A stretch of 64,000 bases of DNA, from the NCBI RefSeq assembly GCF_011386835.1, contig NC_088804.1, positions 37,634,001 to 37,698,000 on the forward strand, read 5' to 3'. The notes below the pieces were generated by a model. It was given only the letters and a program-made list of their open reading frames with translations. It did no database searches and was not told the DNA's origin. The translations under genes were made by a program, and so were the position numbers. Below are positions 26,642 to 39,240 of this stretch, in pieces (position 1 is the first letter of the stretch; each line of letters begins with the position of its first letter). The stretch comes from Chrysemys picta bellii (lineage: Eukaryota).

Positions 26642-26956
26642 CAGGGATCGGCAACGTTTGGCATGCAGCTCACCAGGGTAAGCACCCTAGTGGACCGGGC
26701 CAGTTTATTTACCTGCTGACGCGGCAGGTTAGGCCGATCACGGCCCCCCACTGGCCACGGTTCGCCGTCCCAGGCCAATGGGGGCGTCGGGAAGCGGCGC
26801 GGGCAAGGGATGTGCTGGCCACGGCTTCTCGCTGCCCCCATTGGCCCGGGACGGCGAACCGCAGCCAGGGGGGCCGCGTCAGCAGGTAAATAAACTGGCC
26901 CGGCCCGCTAGGGTGCTTACCCTGGCGAGCCACGTGCCAAACGTTGCCGACCCCTG
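26642..26956. mobile_element. hAT (Charlie-like) palindromic MITE
   Basis: TIR cagggatcggcaac / gttgccgacccctg; long internal inverted symmetry; perfect 8-bp TSD atctagac (fits NTCTAGAN). Confidence 0.92.
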
Positions 26957-29900
26957 ATCTAGACACTCTAAAGACGACAATTCTGAAGTGTTCTCCCTCT
27001 CCCACTTGACATAGATACAACTTGTGTTAATAAAATAAAATCCAAACAGTTCTGGATATTAAATAAATAAATGGTTGCTTGTAAATCTTAAATTATAATT
27101 TAATTTTACCAGGTAGTTGGATACTATCACCACTTTAAGTCTGGGCATAATCTTCATAACCCTGCATGCTCCTAATTTAATAGTGGCCAATTAAAAAGGA
27201 TGACTAGCTGTAAGCCTCTAAAGAGCCAACTGGAAGCTGTTCCAGGTTTTTATTTATTGTTTAAATTTCACACCATTGAAGTACAGAGCCACCAGAGTTT
27301 GAAAACTTGCATAGTTTGAAGGGTTTTATTAATCTGGGAACCAAAAGGGGCAACAGGAAGTTTATGTGATTTAATGTCGTCATTTTATGTCCCATTCCCC
27401 TACTCCCCACCCACCAAGGCTTATGAATATTAAGAAATTAGCAGGAAGGGATTGGTTTTAATAAGATCTGGGAAGAATTATGATAGGATTGAGCACACGT
27501 TAACCTTCCCTCAGTACTTTGTTTTCTAGTTGGAATTGTTTGTGAATCTACATGGTTGGAAAATGCCTCAGATGTATCAAAATCTTTCCTTGCAGACACA
27601 CAAAAAGATGCTGGTGTCAGAGGGGAATCCATATGCATTGTTTTTTTCCTAGACCAATTCATTGGCTGATGAAGATACAAGGGTCTCTGTTGCGTTTTTT
27701 ACATTATGATTGTTTAAAAACAAAACAGGTTGTGTTCAGTTGCTGCTTCATTCCCGATGTTTCAATATTATGCTTTGAGGATTTAAATTGCGTGCAATTA
27801 TTCATAAATCTCCCTGCAGTTTCAAGTAAAGAAGAAACACCCACTATCTCCTCTAGAGGGTGGTGCTTTTAGAGAAGTGCACGGCAGCTGGAGGCAGCCT
27901 GCATTATATTCTGAATACATCTACTAGCCATATATTCCTTAGCAGGTGGACAAAAGTGTTTGTCACTATTAACTGGGTGGCAAGCTGTCTCACTGCCTTT
28001 CCTTAAATGGCCATAACCCAATCTTTTCACTACAACTCATTTAGGAGGAGGAGGTGTGGCAGTTTATCCAGTAATGAGTCAACAAGTTTATTATACTCCC
28101 TACCTCCTGGGTGTTAATTAGTGTTTAATTCATCTTGTTGTGAGCTCATTGGGAAAAAGGTGCTATTTAAGGGCAAATAACATTCCTTCCCTGTTTTCAT
28201 CTCTTCTCCTTGCTAGTTTTTCCCCCTTGCCATTTGCCCATTCTGCAAGCTCTCTAGTGTTTCAAAAACACAACTATGAAGACCTGATTTGGGGGGGGGA
28301 GGGCGTGATTTGATTTTGCACTCCTTTCTTAGAAAGCCTAAGCAAAAGAAATTATAAAATCATCTGGGGCCTTTCGAATTATTGCTGGCTTCCAACACAC
28401 TCCACAAGTCAGCAATTACAGTTTGAAATATTGAGTGGCACAAAAATTTATGGCTCGCTTCGGTGTTTTTCTTTTCCATTTTCTAACAAAGCAATATATG
28501 AAATAGATGGAGCTCTCATGGCAGGCAGAGAGTTAATGCAGCCCAATGTGGTTAAGAAGCAGGGGGTGTTCTGGGTCATTGTATGTTGCAAACCAGTGAC
28601 TGCAATAAACTACTTAGTAGGCTATCCATTTGTTTTTTAACACCTTTGCCAGGACCAAATGCAGAAGGGGTGCAGCATGGGGATGTTGTTTACGGGAAGC
28701 TGTCAGAGGCCCTGGGGAATAACATTTTAGGCAGGAAAACCCATGACTTTTAAATCTTTTCAGTTAATCATTTTGGTTTGATGCAATGAGAGTGTTAGGT
28801 AAACACAGAGATAACAGACGGGACCCCATGGAATGCTGGGCTAAAACACACTTTGATGAGCTAGGCATTTAGGCCCAGATCCTCATAGGCATTTAAGTTC
28901 CCAGTTTCCATTGATTTCAAGTCATTTCCATTAAATCAATGGAAGTTAGAAGCCTACATACATTTGATGAGGATTTGGGCCATACAGCCTCGTCCTGCCA
29001 TGTACTGAGCACCCTCAGTTTGCATGCAGTCAAAGAACACTGTATATATCGCGGGGTTGATATTCCTAATGGTATTTTAAAACAGAGTAACCTGTGTCAA
29101 AGGTTCACACTCCCTAAGAGCTTCAGAATTAGCAAGGCAAGAACCACTATTAGAAATATCATTAGGTCTGGAGACTGTAGGAGCGCATGAGGAACAATAG
29201 CAGTGACCACAACAACATTCATAAGTTAGCAATCTTCCCTTTATTAAAAACCTGACTAGACAGATAATCAGTGCCACACTAATAGATACATAAATGAAGA
29301 TGAAACAATACTATAAGATGTCCAGCATCAGTGTCTTCATACTCAAGGGTACCATAGAAGTGGGTGGATTTTGCAAGAGGTGGTCATCTGTGGAGGGTCT
29401 CCTGATGGATTCTTCCTCCTTAATCATGCTGGGATTCACCTTTTATTCTGTATTACACTCACCACCATAACGCTTATGCATATGCATGAGGGTTCCAATC
29501 CCTTTTTCCTTTATCTGGAATTCCATACCCCATAAATTCTTTTCATAGGCTATCCTCTTAGTTCCCCTTATCTTCATTACCATTTATGTAATAAATCCCC
29601 ATGGTAACTTGCAGTCATTGCAGAATTTCCTGTGATGTTACAATTGGGCATCTTGAGGTACATGTGGCACACTTTCCTGAACATCACCCATCAACACATC
29701 TTTTACTATAATCTTGCAATTTTACAGGTACAGGCTTATCCCGGGTCAAAAAGTGATGTCATCTTTTTTCAGGCCTAAGGCCTGAAAAAGCTAAGCTGGA
29801 ATTTGACAGGCCACCGGCCTGGAGGCCTTACTTTACAGGCTTACCTTACTTATATACCTAACATGGTCTCACCAATAATATAGGCTCATCAATCCTATAC

Positions 29901-30979
29901 CCCTATAATATTATTTTACATATTCTCACACTTCTACCTACAACTTCAATCTATTCCCCACACACTGATTACATATGAATTAAGCACAACAATAAATAAC
30001 ACAATTAAATAATTATATTAGGTGATTAACTACAATGCTGCAGGTTTTCAGCACTACATAGGGTGGGGCCTTTATACCCTGATCCATCAAGCTTCACTCA
30101 TACAGGTAGTCCCATTGAAGCGAGGAAGGATTGCAAAGAACGGCCCTCAATCAGCTAAGAGGCACTGGGATGAAATGAGGCTGTTTTTTTGTTAGAATCC
30201 TGAAATTGGAGGTTAGAGCCTATTCCACTGAAATTAATGGCAAAACTGACATTACCTTCCAGTGGTACTGGATTATCCTATTGGTAGGTTTGGGGTAGGA
30301 AACTAAGCTGTACTCCTTGTTCTCATGCTGCTAGTAGAAAAAATATTGAGTCACCCTTAGCATGAGGAATCACTTCTTTTTATGTCCTACTGTGAATTCT
30401 TCATATTGTGATTATTAATTATTATTATTTTTATTTTGGGGCAGGGGAAATGAAAGATTTGAAATTTCTCATCCCTGAATTTTGTTCAAATCAAGCACAG
30501 GAAAATGTGAAGCTGAGAACAGTCTCCTACATGGGTAATGCAGAGTCTGCAGCTCTCACGCCCTCTGCTACTGGTTTCGTTATAATTTGTTATGTATCAT
30601 AGCTGCTTTACAGACAGGACAATGAGGTCCGGACCGTAAAAAGCTAAACTGAATCTGTAACAGTCAGGAGAAGAAAAATGCTCAGATCTCAGCTAACTCT
30701 AGTTAGAATAGGTCATTATGGTGATTGATTTTCTTGCATTCTTCTGGATTTTACTGGATTATATCACACCAAGTTTAGAGGCACCCTTTTTTAGTAGCCA
30801 GGTGGGATGCCAGCACCCTGCACAATTTTTTTGTTTTGTAAAATTACTTTAAAGAAGGGATATTTTGAGTAGACAATGATCAAGGGATCAATCAGACACC
30901 CCATACTGTTCCCATTGAAGGCAATGGCAAAACTTTCACTGATTCCGGTACAAACTTGAGTAGGCTCGATCTCTGTGCA

Positions 30980-31185
30980 GGCAGTGGTGCCTAGTGGCTA
31001 GAGCACTGAACTGGGCCTCGGCAGACCTGGGTTCTGTTTCTGACTCTGACACTGGCCTGTTGCATGACGTTGAGCAAGTCATTTTCCTCACCTTGTGCCT
31101 CAGGTTCCTCAATTGTACAAAAGGGATAATGACACAGGTATCCTTTATGAAGCACTTTGAGAACCGTAGAGGAAAAGTGCTATCT
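30980..31185 (+). mobile_element. MIR-like CORE-SINE
   Basis: tRNA-like head gtgcctagtggctagagca...ctgggttctg plus core tgtgcctcaggttcctcaattgtacaaaagggataat. Confidence 0.7.
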
Positions 31186-31532
31186 TATAATATTCCAAAA
31201 TTTTAATTACACTTCAGAACTTCTGTTGTTTTGCCACTCCAGTCTTTAATGGAAGCCCCAGTTTTTAGACCCTTAGATATCCACGTGGTCTATATTGTAT
31301 ATAACAGCTAGACTGATGTACCGAATGCCCTTAATTCCTACAAAATCCAGCTCCCAGCTTTGCCTTTGCTGGGAGCAGAGTCTGGGCCGACATCTTTAAC
31401 TCTTAGAAAAAGTAAGAATGCTCTGATGCCATATGACACTGTGCGAATACAAAGTTTTCAAAGCAAAACAATGTACGTCTGCAAAAGTACTACAAGCCCT
31501 GCTTAGTGGTTAGCTTTACCAAGGTGAGTATA

Positions 31533-31627
31533 AAAACAACAAGGAGTCTGGTGGCACCTTAAAGACTAACAGATTTATTTGGGCATAAACTTTCGTGGGT
31601 AAAAACCTCACTTCTTCAGATGCAAGA
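31533..31627 (-). mobile_element. Short Penelope pLTR insertion with hammerhead motif (31583-31623)
   Basis: pLTR sequence; 8-bp TSD tgagtata (31525-31532 / 31628-31635); CUGAAGA core. Confidence 0.8.
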
Positions 31628-32199
31628 TGAGTATATTTCTAATGTAACCTAACTGATTGAAACCTTTATCCGCTGCTTAAAAGAAGAACCTCTGTGCTTA
31701 GAGAGTAATCCAGAATTATTTCCCTGCGGCTGTTTGTTTGTTTTCATCCTTTTGCTAGGCTTTCCCACTAGATAACACTGAAATCAATGGGAAAATTCCA
31801 CACCTGATGGCACTGAAATCACCGGCAGAGTTGCTACCAACTTCAGTGAGAGCAGGGTTGGGCCATTAGCATGGTCCAGCATGAGCAAGAATGTGCAGGA
31901 TTGGGCCCTTAAATTTGATTGGCCCTCCTTTCTGACAAGCATTTTTATGGAATAAATATAAATCTTTACTTCTTCCACAGCCTGGTGTTTTAAAATTTAC
32001 AGTGTTGTTGTAGCCATGTTGATCCCAGGATATGAACTAGACTCTCCTATTTTACAATCAGTTACATTGGTTTGTCAAGTGTTCAGTTTCACTGTCGATC
32101 ATACACAGAAAAGGCACTTTAATTAAAACAATGCTTCATTTTTCCTATAAACAGCCATCAAATCCAAGTTAACCTTTGGTTAGCATCATTCTCGTTTAG

Positions 32200-35100
32200 C
32201 CCTGTAAATGAGAAATTGACTTCTCCTGGCCGCTTTAGAATGATTGAATTAAGATCTCTAACATCTGAAAGGTATTAGGGAACTATTTTCCTATAGCAGC
32301 CCAATATCTTTGGTCTTGTTATATGCCACTAAGGCAACTGTGGGTATAGATAAGCCCTTATCTAAAGGATATAACACTTAGCGTTACAGTCCACACACTT
32401 ATTTAACAATTGCTACTGAGTTTATTGCACCCCATTATGCTCAGCACAATCATGATTATCTCTGACTAGGGAGCAAGCCATGCCTGAGAAGACACCAATA
32501 TGTTGGTTTTAGTGTAAGACAGGATCTCTTGTTATAAACAAGTACTTCAGCAGTTAGCAGCGAGCTGATAGTAGAAGGGGCTTTGCCACATCAATTTAAA
32601 CTAGTGGCAGACTGAAGCACTTTTTATGGTCTCAAAGTGTGTGATAGGAATTAAATGCATAATGCAGGTTGACAAGGAGCCGTTAGGCTGTAACTAAGGT
32701 TTATCCACATTTAGGATGGAGAGCTGAGCCTCACTCTTTTTAAACCCATGATGTGACTAATCACAAGAAGAAAACTGATATGGATAAAAAGAATCCTCCG
32801 TAAATAACTTTCTTTGTGTTGCAGAAACAAAAGCATAAAATCACAGCTAGGAAAAAAAATATCCTGAAGTAATTTTCTTCTGAGCTCCACAATACCAATG
32901 CAGGGCTAATGCCTCCTTAAAGGACTGGTGGGGGTATATTTAGAGAAGATGAGAGGACAAGAGGAAAGAATGTATTTTTTTTCTTCTCTCTAAATCCTCC
33001 TCCAGGAAAGCCTAGAAATGTATCTAATCACTAAAATAATTTACTGAGTCACAATGTTTTGTTCAACTCTTTATTATTTTATTTTATTTTTAAGTATGGA
33101 AAGCAGACAGAAAAAACACCCTAAATATCCATTTATGGAAGCATGTGGAAAGAACAGCACAACCGTGTAATGTACAAAATGAATAGAATGAAGAGGGGCA
33201 AAATAAACATCAGCACCCTATGCACAGCCGATAGGAAGTAGTATTAATACCATCAGAAGTAAAATACAACAACCTGTTACTCTAAGGAATTAGGATACAA
33301 TTGTGCTCAATTGCATATTCACAAATATTGACATTTTGTTCATGTCAATCTTACTATTGAATTACTGCAAATCACTGACTTACCTACAAGCAATTATTGA
33401 TGGGAAGAGGAAGTATTTTAACTTCCAAATAAATTTGAACGAAATATTTCAGTTAGGCAAATTCTTCTAAGTGCTGTTGCCACTTTTCCTATTGAAATAA
33501 ATGCAGAATTTGGGTTTTTCTTTTACTTTTGCATCTCAGCAAGGCACTGTTGTCTTTAATATGCACGATCTGATAGGCAGAACACTTTTTTCTTTTACTT
33601 TCCCATTTAGACAGTAGCAACAAAAACAAGGGAAAGGAAATTTTTATTTGCAAGCCAGAAATGTATTAATCACGCGCTATAAACATAAACTAATTGAGTC
33701 TGCTCCCTCTCTACCGACTTCGTTGAGTAAAGTCGTTTAATAAATGCCCTGTACAAGTGATACACATATTTATTAAATAAATGAAACCAAGCCTACGGGA
33801 ATATAATTGCTACCCTTTAAATGTGCCCTTTCCTATCATACAAGTCATTAGGATCACTAACTTCTGACTGGGAACATCATGTTATATATGAACCATTCTG
33901 CTAAAGCACACAGAATATCCATTCCCGTTGTAATATGTCCCCTTTGTTCAGAAAGATGACTGAGTTATTATATAGTTCAAGTGACAAGAATGAAAGAGGA
34001 AAAGAATATAACACAGATGGGATTGTAGGGTGCGTGTTAGTTACAATGGTAATTGAATGATCTAATTCTTTTTAAAGCTATTTTACTATCAGATTGAAGG
34101 ATAGAAAAAATCCTGCTCGGACAAATATATAATGAGCCCCTTATATCCAGCATTTAAAACTCTCCAGGCGTTATTAACTCAGTGCAGTTTCTTGCCTTTG
34201 CTTCTTGATTTGTTTCTTATAAGTTTGTGTGTGTGCTCATTTTATTAGGTTAATAAAACCAGCTTTTCCAACTTTTGGGTGCCTCCGGGGTACCGTGAGC
34301 TCGGATGTCAAATGGCTAATGACGGGACTTCAGAGGTCTCCGAAGTGTCCGTAGCAGCGGTGTGTAGTGTCTCATAAAGGTACACCCCACTTTGGCTACA
34401 ATTTGTTTTGTCTGTTGGTTTGCCGGGTCCTCCGACCCAGATCAGTTGTAATTTACAATTGCATTTACTGCGGATTGTACATGGCGCTTAAAGCACCACC
34501 ATCTCTTTCTCTCTCGTAGGTGCTGTAATAAAATAAAATAAAATAAAATAAAATAAAATAAAAATGTATTAACGCCAGCATTTTCGGGCATTCCTCTGAA
34601 AGGGTTGTGGGAACAGTTCAGGAATAAGCATATCATACATTAAAGGAGGAATGTACCGAATGGAGATCAAGGGGGTAATATGACCTGGGAATAAAAATCC
34701 TTAACTGAGGAAATATTCTGCTATTTAAAGATCTTGTTTGAAAAAAAAAAAAACCCTGCTTTTTTGGGTTGTTTTTATTCCAGTGTATTTTTGGCTAAAT
34801 AAATATTTCTTTGTGGAGTTTCAGGTTCGCTGTGGTGCAAGAAAGGTGACAGTGAAGAATGGCTGTAGTCTGTGGTAGGTCTGACTGGTATAGGAAGAGA
34901 ATTTGCCCTGGATGTATATAGAATATACCCAGTCCCTGTGGGCATTCTCCCCTTCCAAATATTTTTGATCGGATCAGCTCTTCACTGATCTCACAGGTTG
35001 GGCTTATTCTGGTTAATCGGAAAACAACAACAACCACCACCACCAACCAGCCCACCACATTTTGTAATATAAATAGTTTGAGACTCACTACAAGGGACCA

Positions 35101-38100
35101 GACCCTGCTCCATTTCATGCCAATTGCAAAGCGCCCTTTGACTTCAAGGGGAGCAACATTAAGTCCCGGGTAGAGGATGGCAGGCGAGAGTTTTATTCTC
35201 AGACAAATGAATCAGCCGTTCTCAGAGTTTTTCCCCCCCTTCCAGAAATACATTGCTTGAACAGAGCTCAGTTAAGATAGTTTAACTGCAACCCCTTTGC
35301 ACTCGATTTCTATAGTAAATTACTTTGCATTTCCAATTGGCACCGCTGGTTTTGGTTGGGGTCCCCCCCCCCCAGAGACATAACACTTTCAATAAGAAGC
35401 TATTGTTAAATATCCCAGTGTCTGCTATCAAACCTTATCGGCAGCTAGCTCTGCCATGTGTTAGGGGCGCTACACAGCTGCCAGATTAAAGAGCTCATCC
35501 TACAAAGTTCGCCCGAGTTTGGGAATGATTTCTTCTGATCTGTGGCCCCCAAAATCGGACTTGTGAACTCCCACATAGAGGAAGCATATTAATGGTGAAG
35601 GCTCCCGTCCCTCCCTTACATTGTAGAAAGGCTGGGAGGCTTTTGAGGTCAAGAGGGATCTAATGTAGACTGGGAATGGCAGAACGTTCCATTCGGATCT
35701 GTTGTCACCTTTAAAACAAAAGGTCTATTATGAGACCCATTGATCACCGGCAGTAAAAGCTTTCCTAAGGCACAGATCGCTATATGAGGTTATAACAGCA
35801 GTGTTAATCTTCGATTCACTGTTTATAGAGCCAGCTCATCCATGGGGTGGGTGGAACTCAGCCAACTTGCAAAAGGACATTCTTTATTATATGTATCAAG
35901 TTGTGTTGCTTTTAGCCGTAAGCTCTCAGGGTCACATAGTCCTTGCTTATCTGCAGGCGAGCAGACCAGTGGACAGAGTGCGTTGCACATTGTCACGCTG
36001 CTGTTTTGCAGCTCGTGTTAGCCTAGGCAGTGCATAGCAAGATTGCACAGAAGAACTAGGGTGGTATTGTCAGGCTGCATCGAGTAACTGCTTGAATGTT
36101 AGGAAGTCGGAGAGAGAGGGGCAGTTAACCCTCTATTTTCAAAGGTCTGTGCTGAAATACAGCTTGGTTGCATTTGAGTGTCATTTATCAATACCTCTCA
36201 GCTTTCCAAACCATTCGCTTTGAGGTTCCCAATAGAATGAGGGGGTTTGAGGGCATATTGTCTGATCCATCGTATTTAAGCATCGATGTATTTATCTATC
36301 CGTAAAGCATACATCATCTTTAAAGCCTCCTGTTAGGTATTTCGTTAGTTTGCACAATACGAACATTTGCTAATAAAAAAAAAAGTCCCCTAGAAAAATG
36401 AATAGATTCCACTCTGAATATGCGTCACGCTTTCCAGTTATGGATAGAAACTTCTTGGCGGTGGAATTATTAGCACTGTCCATGTAGCTAATGCTTTTAT
36501 TTTCAGTCATAAAAACGCCTCAGCAGTTCGAAATATAAGTCTGAAACAGGAAAAAAATAAAAGTTAAAAAAGGGAGGGGGACATCTTTGTGAGGAACCTG
36601 TAGGAAGATCAGGCAAGTCGTCACTGCTTCAGTCAGGAGTGGTGTGAATTGAAACGCATCTTTTAATGGAACAACCGCAGAAACTCTGTTTCATTCTCCA
36701 TCTTGTTTACTCCAGCTCACCGTGAATGAAAAATAGCCCCTTGGAATGGAGTTTCACTCACTGCACGTGTTAGAAGCGACGTTTTAACTGGGGTGGGGCG
36801 GGGGGAAGGGGAATTCTTTTGATCTCGGTATTTTTTCTTTACAAAGCAGTTGACAATCTGGGCTTGTTTCGACCCAGGCCAGCTCCCATGTGTCACTGCA
36901 CTTTTGCTTTCTTTGTGTGTGTTTGTAAATTAAAAATCAACAAACAACAATTTGTCTTTGGTGACCCAGCGCATTCATTCTAGGCGTGTTCTCCCAGTTG
37001 GTAATGCACAAATTCTTCACTTGAACTCCAGGCAGAAGCTGTAAAGTCAGTTGCTTTTATAACCTAAGGCCAAATTCTTCTATCACTTCTGCTGGTGTAA
37101 ATCCAGAGCAACTCCTAAAAACGGTGGAATTGCTCTGGATTTACTCCGGTCTCAAGGACCACATGAACATTAGACTTTATGTTTTATCGCTCTAATTCTT
37201 TTACTCTGCCCTCCCCGACAGACACAATGAAATTTACAACTGATTATGGGACACCACACTTGGAAGAAAACCATTTATAAACACACGCAAATCAAGGACT
37301 TTAGCATTCTGTATCGCGATTCCGGTGTAGATGAGTTTACCTCTTAAAATATCGATCGAGAAACGTTTTAATAGCAAACGAGGAAGATTTTGTGGTCAAG
37401 TGAACAAGTAGTTTGCAGGTTTGGACCGAACTAAGCCGAATCGCTGTTGTGTTTAGCAAAGCGAGTTAAGTTGTAGGCTCCTGCGAGCTGTGTGAACACT
37501 TCTGCACGTTTGTAAACGGCAGTTTTGTTTTATATTACGACCTTAGGCCAGCCGCCAGAGAGAAGAAAGTCCTGCAACCTCCGATGTCTCCCTCCCCCGC
37601 CGCCCCCAAAAATATCTAAATGCACGATCTTTGTGAAATTGTTGTATTTCCTCGATTGATTGTTTAGTTAGCGATTTTGCCAACTTCCTGATGGTTCATT
37701 TCTGATTCTGCAAAAGAACTGCATTTCCTTTTTGACTTGCCTTAGGGAGAGGGAGACCAGCGGAGGCTGGGGGCTGTTGGATTCATCAATCTGTACGTAC
37801 TAGATCTTTCTCTTGCCTCTGCACTTTCAGCCCTTTTCTAACCCTCCTCCCTCTTCCTTTCCAAGCCTGGAGTTTGCCCATTCAGCCAGGGACATTCTAA
37901 AATCTCCCACCCCACATCCCAGTGTGTGTATTGCAGAAATCCTAGCAAAACTGCCTGTCCCTAAGAAAAAAAACTTGGACAAATGCATGACTGGAAACAA
38001 ATTATTTGATGCAATGCATTGGCTTTCCCTAATCAGGTTTTGTCAGAACTGTGGAGGCTTATTTTATACAATATTAGAAATTATTCTGTAAACAATCAAT

Positions 38101-38500
38101 TTGCTGTCTTTTACTCCACACTAACATCCTACCTCTTCAGATTTATTAAAGATAGAACAAAAGCTCAGAATATAGGTACAAAAATAAAATATATCCCCCC
38201 CACCCCTTTTGGGGGACAAGTTTCTGGAGAATATTAGAGAATTCCACAAAGATATTTTACATTATTTGCTGGATCTATATGTCAATATTTTATTCTTCCC
38301 TTTTATGTATGTATTTATTTTAAATTTGTTTTTCTCTTTATAATCATATACTTGGTATTTCATATCTTAATATTTTTAATTCACGCAAAAATGGAGGGGT
38401 TAAACAAATCTTGGAATAATCATAGCAAAATTTAAAGAATGGTTATGGATTTTTCTTCAATCTCAGTTGTGCAGGATAATGTTCATAATTTAAATCAACA
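32200..38500. promoter_or_regulatory. Repeat-poor, CpG-retaining island; probable conserved regulatory/UTR-exon region of an unidentified gene
   Basis: Almost no recognisable TEs over ~6 kb; CpG clusters at 34280-34480, 35950-36020 and 37310-37700; several strong splice-like sites; no long ORF. Confidence 0.45.
34526..34563. repeat. (AAAAT)n microsatellite
   Basis: taataaaataaaataaaataaaataaaataaaataaaaa. Confidence 0.9.
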
Positions 38501-38939
38501 ATGAGTTCTAACATGTCTGTAGCAGGTCAGAGTTTGACAAAGACGACGGGCCTGATCCAAAGTCCACTGAAATCAAGGGGAGCTTTGCATCAGGTCCTAA
38601 CGGAATAAATTGGAGGAAAATATTAGACGCTTGGAAAATATCTGTGACTCACAGAGAATAGTGCTTTGTTTAGTTGTATCTGGGAAAGAGTAGAGCAAAT
38701 TTAAGCTGGTTAGTATTTGTATAGCTGAAATAATTTGAAGGTCATTAGGAATTTAAAGTCACTATGAGTAAAATTCTGGCTCCATTTAATTAATTGCAAA
38801 ATAGGGCCCGGATTTCACCCGAACACTCACTGTAGGTCAAATTCTATTTGTTACCCTGAGGTAAATCCAGAATAACTTCATTGCAGTCAGTGGAGTTACT
38901 ATGCTGGTGTAACTGACAGCAGAATTTGGTTGGGTGTGA

Positions 38940-39240
38940 GTCAGTACATGTCTGCGTCCATGCATGCTTGTGAGTGTGGATGTGTGTGTGTGCATGCCTA
39001 TAAATATGTATGTACGAGCACATGCGTATCTGGGAAGATGAATGTGTTTATGTGCAGTTCTTCATGAAAGTGTTTGTCTCCATCTATGAATATGTGTGTG
39101 TACATGCATGTCAGGGAGTGTGATTGGATGTGTGCATGCTATGAGCATGTATGTGCTTGCACATGTGTGCCTAGGAGGATGATTGCGTATGTGTGCATGC
39201 ATATCTGTGACTATGCATGTGTATGAGCTTGTATATTCAT
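38940..39240. repeat. Degenerate alternating purine-pyrimidine (TG/CA-rich) tract
   Basis: Runs of tgtgtg, tgcatg and tatg over ~300 bp. Confidence 0.75.

Noticed and set aside
29765-29789. Perfect 12-bp-arm palindrome tttttcaggcct-a-aggcctgaaaaa
   Set aside because: Lies in a short hAT-like relic (terminus similar to 49381-49398); nothing suggests a separate function
29380-30050. G-poor tract with cytochrome-b-like words (ICGG, GFF, AGIHLLF, HEGSNP, THQHI, AIL), possible old NUMT
   Set aside because: Spacing needs many ad hoc indels, and the minus strand gives WGMEF...K...MH, a LINE RT C-terminal motif that explains the composition equally well; BLAST against turtle mtDNA and CR1/L2 would settle it
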